Source of the DNA: Tubiluchus corallicola
Taxonomy: Eukaryota; Animalia; Priapulida
Reading direction: 5' to 3'
Assembly (NCBI GenBank): GCA_030141605.1
Contig: JAQGDQ010001415.1
Location: forward strand, 1-42,001
Length of the DNA stretch: 42,001 nt
The position numbers were made by a program, and so were the translations under genes. The notes below the pieces were generated by a model. The model was given only the letters and a program-made list of their open reading frames with translations. It did not search any database and was not told the DNA's origin. This document shows positions 1 to 11,380 of this stretch, one piece after another (the stretch's first letter is position 1; each line of letters begins with the position of its first letter).

Positions 1-665
1 ATCTAATAGACAAAAAATTGATTTATACGTAAGATTCAAGAAGTGCCTTAGTGTACTGTTTATTTAGTGAATGCAGAGGTAAAGAAGTTATATGAGCAGG
101 TAGGGAGTTCCATAATACTGATCCCTGATATTTTAACGACCTTCAACCCTTAGATGTATTAAATCATTCGATGAAGAAAGAACTGCTAGTAGAAAACCTA
201 GTGTTGTAACTGTGAATGTCAGATGCTGGTGTTTAGTGATTTAGAAACAATTTTGGTAGTAAGTTATTCTTAAATTCGTTTACAAGTTTTGCAAGCTCGA
301 GTTTGTAGATATCATTCAGTTTTAAGAGGCCCAATTTAACGTAGGATGAAGTTGCATGTTCCCTTCTACTAGAAAATGTCATCAGCTTAACTATAATGTT
401 TTGATGAGTTTGTATTGGTTTTAAAATATTTGAAGACGCAGTGCCCCAGGCAAGAATCCCATAGTGAAGATAAGAATAAACCAAAGCATGGTATATTAGT
501 TTTAGTACATCTGTATTTACGTAGTGTCTTATCGTCGCAATTATGCCCTTGATTTTGCTAATTTTGTAGGTTATTTGTTTTATTTGTGTAGAAAATGTTA
601 AGTTATCATCAATGAACAAACTGAGGTATTTAAATTCTTTACATCTCGTTAATATTTGATCTAAT
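1..665 (-). mobile_element. Decayed CR1-group (L2/Crack-like) LINE, ORF2 C-terminal fragment (LINE A)
   Basis: ORF 233..619 (YLSLFIDDNLTF..QI..I..KISK..GII..IRHYV...L..IY..LVYSYLHYGILAWG) is the post-RT region of CR1/L2-group ORF2; translation continues SLKYQGSVLWNSLP...LLESYV* with the stop at 23-25. Confidence 0.85.
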
Positions 666-1862
666 ATCCTATTTAGGAAATAGGAAAATTTGCAATAAAA
701 CCTGCATTTGAAACTACATGTATAGGATTATTAGGATATAATTTACTTTAGTGTCACATTAGCTACTCAACTCTGGCTACTGTTCTTGTCAAATAACCTT
801 AACATTGACTAAATTCTGCAAGTATCGGGAAAATGTTTATTTGGCAACTTCAATGCTGATTAACTGATTAACATCCGTGATGGATTAAGTTGGATTTGTT
901 GGCTTCAGTCGCATTGTCATTAAAAAGAGCTGAACTTTCCACTAACTAATTTAATGAAATAGGGTTGAAGTCAATGCAAAGAAAATTCTGTACAGACTTA
1001 CAACTTTCAGAAAACTTGTGCCTAATCACGCCAGAGGGCCTTTTAGTGCTTTTCAATTTATATGCAGATCGTATTATACGAACAGTAATCCCTGAGGTTA
1101 CCTGGGACCATAACCAGGGTATTTCAAAATTGGTGCAAATTACTGTGCGACAAGAGGTAAGACTATATAAATCTTTCAACGCATTTCAAGTGAGAAATAG
1201 CACTTTAACCACAGTGTAACCATGAATTTAGAAGGAAAATTGAGTATTGATCCGTTATCTAATACAGCCGGTCCTTCCGATTAAGAAGTAAAGACTATAG
1301 GATATTTTTAGCAGTAAATGTCACGTTACAAATCAACCCACACATACACTATCAAATTAACAGAATAACATATATATAGAGGCAGTTTATTCATACTAAT
1401 TTAGTTGAAATGGGTTTCTGGACACATCCCGGTGCTAAAGTGGGAGGAATAGCTGAATTATAGTGGTGAGAGATCACTCTTGAACACCTCTACCAATTAA
1501 TTGTTTCATCTTAGAGAATTATCCCAGATAATTAGCTAGATTCTGGTACGTCCACAATACTAACGTAACTAGTAACACTTGGTTTGAAGTGTTGGATGCT
1601 GGCTTGCAGCTGTAGAATTGCACAAAAAGGTATTCAGTGAGGATTTAATCACACAAATACTTGACGCGTTTCCTTCAGTTCCCATAACAGGATTATTATT
1701 TTGCCTTATTATTGTGACAACAAAAAAATGGTTATTAGAAACATCAGGCAAAGAAGAGAGTGAGTACTAATAGACACTGACATTGGGCCATCGCAGAACA
1801 ATTAAATTTTCTGCTGCATATGTACGTCTTACCATTTTATACTTTTATCAAAACAATGTTTT

Positions 1863-4800
1863 TTATGCTGATACGTACTCATTTGTGACGCGTTTTGAGT
1901 GTGAAACCTGCAGCATTGAATAAAGGTTGCCACGTGGCAGCTGACGGCAAAAATGCCACAACCCAACTCCTTCTCTTTAACTCTGAATTTTGGATGTTAT
2001 CTTTTGCACTTACTTGCTTGCACCTAGGTGTCTTCTTTGGCATAAAAATGTGGATGTAGTGCTGAATTGGGCATGTCTGGCTATTTGCTTACAAAGACAA
2101 TAGTGCTTTTGTAAAAATGCATGGCGCCATCTTTAAATTCAAGATGGATACCACGCTTTAATATATTCAGATTGGCATTATGTTGTAACGAGTCCGGTGT
2201 CCAGCACAGATCCGTCTCGGGATGGCATACAAGCTATGAAATATTACAGCAGACGAGAAAAGTTGAAAGATCCAGAATACGAGTATAAAATAAACTTTAC
2301 AGCATAAACAGTAGCGCCAAATCTTCAAAAAGAAGGACATGTGAACAGACTTATGTATAAGAATTAGCAAGCATACATCATTTACCCTTACAGACAGAAA
2401 TGTCAGGTGGGAATCGTCAAATTACGGCATGTATTCTGCTATACAGGTACAGTTGTATTACTGACATTAAGGGGTTGGTCAAAATCCATCTTCGTAACAC
2501 TATCATAAATTGAAGTATATATACTATATATACGGTATACACATACTGTATAAGGATTTTAGCAGAATAATATGTACATATATATAAAAAATGCACAGTA
2601 TTTTGAAGTTAATCTGCCCTTCAAAAAGATTAACCTATCTAGAAAGAAGGGCATACTTACATTTGTTCTTTCTTTTAGGCTCCAAAGGTCGCATTCCCAT
2701 TCGTTAAGTTGGTCCAAAACAGCTTCAATGCGATTCCAAAGTTTCTCGGTTCTACAGGTCGGTTCATTAAGTTTAATTTTATCATAAAGAACAGACAGCT
2801 GATACATATCTCGGATTTTTGAATCAAGCATCTGCTGATTTTCCTGTGAGTTTAAATTAAATCTTAAATTGTAATTTAAAATAAAAAAATTGTAGTTTGG
2901 TCAACTAAACAATAAATTATAAATTGACAAAAGCGCTCATTACATTTAAGGGTTTCTCAGAGAAACCATAACTAAAAGAGTTATTCATACAAAAACAACT
3001 ACTTTGACTTTATGTGCTATGATGGTTTTAAACATTTTTATATGAGAAAAAAGACTGCATTTCACTATTAACAGGTTTTGACGCAAGCATTAAAGTTTCT
3101 ATAATTACATTTATTAAAAATCAAATGGCAAGATACCCACATATCTCAAAATAATTTCCCTTCAAAGTCTTTCTAATCTGTTTTTTCTTTTTTAAATAGG
3201 TCAGATCGTCCAAAGTCAACACCGGTAAACAGCCTCAAGAAAGGTAACAGAAAATTGACCAAGCTGACAAAATGATCAGTTTGCTAAATATAGTAGTCAA
3301 TGCATATGAATAATGTTGTTTTACCTTGCGGATTACTCATATATTATCATCGAAAAAACTTTGTTATTACATTTAAACTGCACAATGTAATTGCACTAGT
3401 AATAAAATGTTGAACTATTTGCTGCTGCATTTTACACTGTGAATTTAACAGGTTATAGACAGCAGTCCAAGTAAAGGTTTATTTTTTACATCCAAAGGTT
3501 TTCCTAAATCACTGCACACAAGTTGTAGTATAAAAATAATAAGTAACATGAAATATTGCAGACTATATGTTCTAATATTACATTATGTCATAATAATACA
3601 TTATAACGTTATATTCTTCTTGGTCACTATATGTAAAATATGAACTCAAAGCTTCAGAAAAGTACTGGAACACTTAGTGTATTTTAGTAGCTTGTTAAGC
3701 CTCACAGTGCTACTACCCAACATTTTTATAAGAACAAACAAAACAGTGCACATTGTTTTTACTTATATTTTTGCCCACTTAAAGTTCAACGTACTCTCAC
3801 CTGAATTTCTTGGAGAAGTTCAAACGGATCTTCGTAGCGAAAAGGTAGGTCCAGAATTGTTTGATGAACATGTGTTCCCCATACTTCTGTGACCGCTACT
3901 CGGTGAATGATTCGCTGTACCAACTCTTCACGATAACTTCTGTATGTATTCTGAACCTGCAGGTTTACAAAACAGTGAACATCTGTTTATCCAGAGTATG
4001 AAATTATACATGATAAATGAGATTTTTAATGATAAATAATGAATAATTGGTTAAAGACGTTGCTATAAACTTTATCAAATTGCACCTTGGACTGTATTTA
4101 ATAATGTTATATTACTGTCATCTACTACCTTATTTCCATGACGTGCAAGTTCAAGGATTTTTGCAGCTTCTTTCTGCTGATCCTCCGGGTCTAAGTTAGA
4201 TGACATTTTGTCCAAAAGAGACTGCAACTGATCTAATAATGTATTCACATCGTCTGGATTGGAGAAATATGCCTATAACAAAAAGCAAAATTATATGTAG
4301 AACAGACAAGACTTTATAAGCGTCCACAAATTGAGATATTTAACTAACTTGAATTTTTAGGTATATTACACTTTTTAAAATCATCTAAAAAACTAAGATT
4401 TTGAAGGTATCAGACCTGAATTTGTACCACTTTTTCACGAAAAGTCTCATGACCTTTGAAATCGGTTAGCAACTCATCTGCTTCAGCCGAGCATAGCAAC
4501 TCATCTAGTTCACTCAACCAAGCTGCAATAGTCTCGAATTTATATGCGTAGAATTGACGGTCGAACTTAGTGGTGGCAAGATGCTGTTCTCTAGAACCTA
4601 ATAGTTCCTAGAGAAAAAAGTCATACATATAAATGTAGAGTCTGAAAAGTGATAATATCAGATACTGCATGAAACAAATAAACAAACAAAGAAACAAACA
4701 ATTACTTTAAAACATACTAAGTAATCTTATAACATATGCCTCTATATTTTTCCAGGGAATTTTTTCACAAAAACTACATTCTTTTTAAAGTTCCACTAAT

Positions 4801-5696
4801 TAGAAAAACTAGAAAACCTATTAGAAGAACAAGCACTCTCACCTGCAATTGTTGATAAGCAGATTCAGCAGTATCAGTCAGGGATTTCAGTTCAGCTGAA
4901 ACGGTGGCACCATCTGCAGACATCTGAGACATTAAACTAGCCAGTTCAGCTTTAAACTGGTTGTGTTTCTGCACAACAAGATCTCTATTGGCCTAAAAAG
5001 TTTTCAATAACAGAATAAAACACTCTGTTGCTTATAATTTTACTTTACTTGAAAACTTTGTCTAAATAACTTTAATGCTGACGAAACATTTACAAACAGT
5101 GAATGGTTTGAAGAAACCAAAAAACTTGAAATTTAGTTTTAAGATTTTGTTCTGAAATGTCTACATAAACAGTGAAGTAGTGTCCTATTGAAAAGCAGAA
5201 AACCAAGTGACCAGAACTACAGGTGAAATCATTTAGGTGTGACAACAGGTTTAGAGATTATGCATTCATAAAGACTGTAGAAGCCAATGCAAATTTAAAC
5301 AGTAAAGATAAAGCTTTAACTAATTTAACAAGAACACCTGAAGGTGGCAGCACTATTCAAAACTAAAGAAAGTATGATGACAATACAACATAAATTTAAA
5401 TTTAATGTAATTAAAATTATTTTCTTCTGTCCAGTGAACACTTGTCAGCACTAACAACAGACAAAAATTTAATTTTAAGAACAAACAATGTGTTAATGCA
5501 TAATTGTAGACTTAGGCTACTATACCTTCAAATTTGAGAAGTGTTTGTCCGCATCTTCAGGTTGTATACCAAATCTAACAGGTTCACTAAGTTCTCTTAT
5601 AATATTTTTTATCCAAGTCATCTCTCCAGTCACTAAAGCTCTTATTAGTTCAATGGGTGAAACTTGAGAATCCGAGTCAGCATGAATTTGCTGCAT
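1863..5696 (-). CDS. Spliced spectrin-repeat-like protein, paralog 1 (about 346 aa; nesprin/dystrophin/plakin-like helical repeats)
   Basis: Stop-free phase-0 exons with AG/GT ends: 5711-5526 (ATG 5696), 4992-4843, 4607-4416 (ELLGSREQHL...FETIAAWLSELDELL, spectrin-type Trp helix), 4272-4129, 3956-3801, 2843-2661, and a probable last coding exon 1907-1863 (VSHSKRVTNEYVSA*). Start and terminal exon are uncertain; could be part of a longer gene. Confidence 0.7.
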
Positions 5697-5972
5697 TTTT
5701 TCCAAAACAATCTACAAAGTTTAAAAAACCATCAAACAGCCACAAAATATTTCAATACTCAATGTAGCACATATAACACTACAACACAACAATAAACATC
5801 AAAACAAAGAAAATTATTTAACAAACTTTACGTGCATTTAGCACTCAAACAAGGCAATTTTCTCTCGAGAGTTCTTGCTATGAATAGAGCTTGTCTGCTT
5901 CCCTGCTTGTATGCGAGGGAACTCTCGGCAATTAATAACATTTTTTGGTATATTGTATATTAACATGGTTAA

Positions 5973-6371
5973 CCCTTTCACTACAGAAGGTGGAACACTG
6001 CCGCCTATGTTTTTCATGCAAGGGACAGAAGGCGGTAGACTGCTGCCCAAGCTGAGCACTAAGCACAGTCAAGCAGGGGTGTTTATATCACTGCTACTGC
6101 CATGCAAAACTTTGAAAAAAAGTTTAACAGCCATGGGATTAAGATTGCTTTGCAGCAACTAATGCTAACCAGCCAACCAGCGTCTGAAGCCAGGTGCATT
6201 TCACAATACTGCACTGTATAGTGTGTTCTCATGCAAAATTGAATTGCTTGTTGATAGTTGCTGAAACCTGTTTAGTCACTTGACCTGCATTCTTCTAAAA
6301 TAATTGTGTATTATGAATTAGTAGTATGAGTTTTGTGAAAACTGGTTTCTAAATATAAGTACATGCTTATT

Positions 6372-6467
<96 letters not shown>

Positions 6468-6640
6468 TGAATGTACGTGCATGTGTAGACGAAAGCTAAT
6501 ATTTAATATCAGTACTCAATAACGAACAACTATTTTGTTTATTTACAAGATTCTGTTTTAGTAACACACCAAAAGAAATTATAGTCAAATGTGCAAAAGT
6601 CAATGTGGCTCAGTTAAAAAGCAACTACGTACTGAAAGGG
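5973..6640. mobile_element. piggyBac-type non-autonomous element (MITE), copy 1
   Basis: TTAA|CCCTTTCACTAC ... GTACTGAAAGGG|TAAA: 12-bp TIR with 1 mismatch and a degenerate TTAA target duplication. Confidence 0.7.
6375..6464. repeat. (GT)n microsatellite
   Basis: About 45 perfect GT units; the paralogous site at 14885-14946 is shorter and interrupted (GTGC). Confidence 0.98.
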
Positions 6641-7099
6641 TAAAGTTAGCTACCTAATTAAAACGTAATACAGTGACACAAGAATCACAGTCAAATATTT
6701 TTCTTCAGCAATGATATAACCCGTAAGAGTAGCGTATGTTCCAGTTATTTAAATAAAAGTACATAAATAATGAACTACTCTTTCACTAGTTCTAAGGATG
6801 ATAGACTTCATAATATCAAAAACAGGACCTTACAATTACATCGGTAAGTTAACAACCATTAAACAAACAAACAAACTTCTACTGACTAGAAGTGCCAATA
6901 TATGGCACCTAATAATTAGCTAAATTAGCTAAAGTTAAATTAAACTTAAATTTTAAATCTAAAGATTTTTTAAATATGAAACATAACGTCTAAATATAAA
7001 AGTTTTGCAGCGTGATGTGTTTTTAATTACAAAAATTATTGTGTGGAAATATCCATATAAGAAATGTGGAGAATGGAAATAGTAAGTAATTTTTCATAT

Positions 7100-8089
7100 T
7101 TTTCTCCATAAATCTACAATAATTTGACAATAAAATACACAAAAATACAAACGAACATGGGAGAAAGGGAGGCTTTAAACCAAAGGTTATCGAGTCAACC
7201 ACCCTTCTCAGAAAGACAGTAAACAAAAAGATGCTAATGACAGCAGAACACAACAATTAAAAAATACATAAACATCTATAAATACAAAAAGACAAAAAAT
7301 ACAACAACAGCAAAAAAACAACAAAAACCAGTCGTTCCTAAATATAGTCAAACATTAAACATAATTATATATGGTTCAAAACACAAAAAAGAAAAGAGAA
7401 TATTTTAATGTTCATAAAAACAACATTTGCAAGATAAAATTTCAAATAGTAAAAAGAAAAAAAAGGTAAAAAAGCAAAATAAATTGCCCTGACAATTGCA
7501 ATACATTAATCAAAAAATTTTTGTATTTGAAAAATAAGAAATTAATGATCCAGATTTAATTATCATAACAGCAGAAAACAAATAACTGTCTGACTTAACA
7601 AATAAGCAATATTTTAAGTTTTTAGGCAGTACAAAAAAGGGGCCAAAAAATATATAAATGCACAATAAATTATCAAGTGCCTGTATTAGCAATCAAGCTG
7701 ATAAGCATTAAAATAAAGCAAATTGGACATTATGCAGGCAGTGCATAGCTGAACATGCAAGCAATAAAGTAAGTACAGCTGGTAAGGCATGCGTATTGCA
7801 TAGCTAAGTGACAAATTTACGAACTACTAAGCAACTCATTGAAAATACCTCACAACTGTTTCTGCACCAAATTATTGTCCATTTTGCTATCTCTGCTGCC
7901 TGTAATATAAGAAGCATGTTCATTATTGGACATCTAGCATTATAGAAGGTGAGTTTGCACCTTATAAAAAAAGTGTTTTTCAGCAAAAATTACCACAAGA
8001 ATGTACATCTAATAGACAAAAAATTGATTCGTACGTAAGATTCAAGAAGTGCCTTAGTGTACTGTTTATTTAGAGAATGCAGAAGTAAA
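7100..8089 (-). mobile_element. 3' end/3'UTR remnant of LINE A in duplication copy 2
   Basis: 8007-8089 matches 1-83 (last codons of LINE A ORF2); 7159-7210 resembles the near-terminal segment of LINE B at 8178-8221. Left boundary approximate. Confidence 0.55.
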
Positions 8090-11000
8090 TCAAAATCAAA
8101 TCAAATCAAATAATTTATTTTTTATCCCAATAACAATACAAAGAAAAACAAATATAAATAAAAAAAGCCAAAGAAATGGGAAGGGGTGGCGAAAAACATT
8201 TGTTATCGAATCAGCCACCCCAAACAGAGTATTAAATTAGTATTATGCAGTGCTGTAATTACATATTAATACATAAAGCATAAAATACATTCTATACATA
8301 AAATTTTCTAATTTTTAACTAAGAAAACGAAAATAAAATTACCAGAAACTAACAAAATTGTTACTATAATATTGACTTAAATATTAATATTTCATTCAAG
8401 TTGAAATAAAAATATGAAAATATAACTGTTTATGATATCATGCAAATCATGCTACAGATCAACGTTAATTAATGACTCAATGAACTTGGGAAAATAATAT
8501 AACATGCAATTTAATTTCATGCTCAAATGATCATAAAAGAAAAGGTCATGCATAATCAGTATCCCAATGTGTGGATACAGTCAGTAACTAAATATATATA
8601 TATAGACATTTCTTATGAAACATACATTTCTTTTTAAAAACAAAAATATCGAAAACATTCCATCATGTAGTTATAAATTATCAGTTTTCAATAATTATGT
8701 AAAAAAATCAAACAACATGCACAATCCTAACAAAAAATTGCAAATACATTAATCAACTAAATTGTATAATTTTATAAGATACTTTAAACCAATTTTAGCC
8801 TTTGCATGCAGTATAAATCATGCAGTGTATTGTATAAATTTACCTGTAGTGTGTCTAGCATCAAGTCAGAGAAATTTACCTATTTTATGGCACTTTCAAA
8901 AACATTTCATAGACTTCAAGCAGAATATACTGGAAAGGAACAGTTGCATTAAAAAGAAATACTCAAAACAATAAACATTTATCATGTGAAAGGGAGTTTT
9001 CAGTTTTCTCTAAACCAAGACAGGCGGAGGCAAATATAATTCACAATCTTAATCATATTTCGTTAGTAGTTGTTTTTTGTTCTTTTTGAAAAGTAAACAA
9101 TGTGCCTGCTAATATGTCTGGTGAAAGAGAGTTCCACACTACAACACCTTTGTATTTAAGCGAACATTGGCCTCTACTGGTTGCAAACCTGTTTACATAA
9201 AAAGCATTTCTCTTTGCAGATCTTGCATTATAACGATGTATATCAGAGGTGTATATGTAATAATCAGAAAATATTTCAGGAAGTAGATTGTGTTTAAATT
9301 TGAAAACAAATCTAGCTAGTTCACGATTAGAGATATCATGAAGCTTTAGAATGTGAAAGTTTTTGTAACCAGGAGTTGTGTGATCTCTAATTTGGGAAAA
9401 ATTCATTATTTTGACAATTTTATTTTGAGCAGTTATGAGAGGTCGGAGAGTAGTTGTTGGTGCAATAGCAAAAGTAAGAATACATTATTGGAGCTGAGAA
9501 TAAACTAGAACATAATATACCTCTTTTAAGTGTGTCTCTATCAACATAGTGCCTAATCTTAGATATTATACCAACAACTTTATTGATTTTGTACGAGATG
9601 TGGCTTACATGCGGGTTCCATGACATTTTGTTATCAATGTACAAACCTAAATATTTTATTTGATCAGTTTGCTGTATGATGTTATTACCCATTTTAATTT
9701 CAAAATTGTCTAGGTCAGTTTTAGGCTGATGATTAGTGATAAGCATAAATTTGATTTTACTGTAGTTGACACTTAACTGATTTGCCTTCATCCAAATATC
9801 AATTTTTTAAATTTCAGCATTAGCATTATGTTCGCAGATTTTTAAGACTTTGATCAGCCATAAACAGGTTTGTGTCATCTGCAAACGATCTGGTATGAAA
9901 ATTGTATGATAAAGGTAGGTCGTTAACATATACCAGGAATAATAATGACCCAAGCGTTGAGTGGTACTCCACAAGTAATATTTATTCTCTGTGATTCATT
10001 ATCATCAATTGCAGTAAAGTGTTTCCGATTTTCTAAATACAACGTGAAGAGTGACAGCGCATTACCCCGAATACCATAATGAGCAAGCTTATGAGTCAAT
10101 ATATTGTGCTGGACAGTATCAAATGCCTTAGATAAATGCAGAAAAATACCACATATGTGCTTTTTTGATCTAAGTCCTCATTAATTCTGTCACACAATTC
10201 AGATACAGCAACAGAAGTGGAATAGCTTTTTCTGAAGCCAAATTGGTAGATGTTTAATATATTATGTTTGTTTAAAAAATTTTCTAGACGAATATATAAA
10301 ATTTTTTCGAATATTTTTGCAACAGTTGAAAGAAAGGAGATTGGTCTGTAATTTGAAGTATTAACAACAGGCCAGGGCCATTTTTGTGTACTGGAACAAT
10401 CTTAGATATTTTTAAAATATCTGGAAATATACCGGTGGAAATAGATTTATTGAATAATGTAGTTTACAGTGGACATAATAATTCCTTCGCAATTTTGTAG
10501 TAATATACTGGGATTTTTTCAGGTCCAGGTGATTTCTGTTCATTTAATCTATTAATTAACAATTCAATTTCAGGTGCTGTAACAGGGTCAAGAAAAAGAG
10601 AGTGTGGATTTTCTAGCCCAAGATATGATTAGAAATAATTTAAAACTTGTGGGATTTTATTTTTCATATTTGAACCTATAGAAGCAAAATATTCATTAAA
10701 AGTCTCTGCTATACTACCTTGGTCAGTTATTTCAAGGCCATTAACTGTAACTTTATTTATTGTATTCCAGTTGCATTTGGTCTTGTTTCAGATATCATTG
10801 AAAATGGACCACATTTTTTTCGTATTACTTTTATTATTTTGAATTATTTGAGAATAATACTTTTTTAGAAGCCTCTTTAATACTATTCAAATTGTTTGAA
10901 TATATTTTATAATAATTTCTGTTAAATAAACTATCGGATAATTTATGTGTTTTGTATAATTTACTTTTGGTTTTAATAGATATTAAAATAGTAGGAGTTT

Positions 11001-11348
11001 TCCAAGGTTTGGCACATGTTAACCTTTCTCTACGTGACAGAATTTTGATTAGTGCATGAATATTAAGAACATGACTGTAAATGTGCACAAAGACAGAGAA
11101 AGAGTCATGAGTTGAGAGCTGAGTTATATCAGTTTCCATAAATTTATTTTTTAGGTCTTCAATAAAATTATCTTTATTAAATTTACATTGGTGACGTATT
11201 TTGTAGGTAAGTTTCTTTTTGTGTAATAGTGAAGATTTGACAATACAAAAAATTGGCAGATGATCGGCCACTTCATACAGAATAATAATAGGCACAATAT
11301 ATTGACTCATATCATCGGTGTAAACATGATTGATAAGAGTTTTTGTGA
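8090..11348 (-). mobile_element. 5'-truncated, frameshifted CR1-group (L2/Crack-like) LINE (LINE B)
   Basis: Endonuclease end (TKTLINHVYT...ADHLPIF, ORF 10834..11400), RT motifs (KAFDTV near 10115-10132, FADD 9874-9885), C-terminal ORFs 9420..9791 and 9053..9406; minus-strand AATAAA plus (TTTGA)n tail at 8090-8120. Confidence 0.92.
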
Positions 11349-11380
11349 ACCATTTTATACTTTTATCAAAACAATATTTT

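Larger units (their letters stand above)
1831..6870. repeat. Segmental duplication, copy 1 (paralog of 11349-15325; 1-83 also matches 8007-8089)
   Basis: Long near-identical blocks by eye: 1831-3490 vs 11349-12985, 3735-4103 vs 12987-13345, 5668-6870 vs about 14175-15325. Confidence 0.95.

Noticed and set aside
2479-2499. Alternative terminal exon CYEDGF* for paralog 1
   Set aside because: Weak polypyrimidine tract, and it becomes TGT TAG in copy 2; exon 1907-1863 is better conserved, though this one is not excluded.
5838-6162. ORFs conserved in both duplicate copies (also 14348-14785)
   Set aside because: Similarity comes from the duplication; they straddle the piggyBac MITE end and differ by frameshifting indels.
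7849-7899. 51-bp AG/GT-bounded phase-0 candidate exon linking the two paralogs
   Set aside because: Lies in the LINE A 3'UTR remnant and has no spectrin-like character; no support without RNA data.
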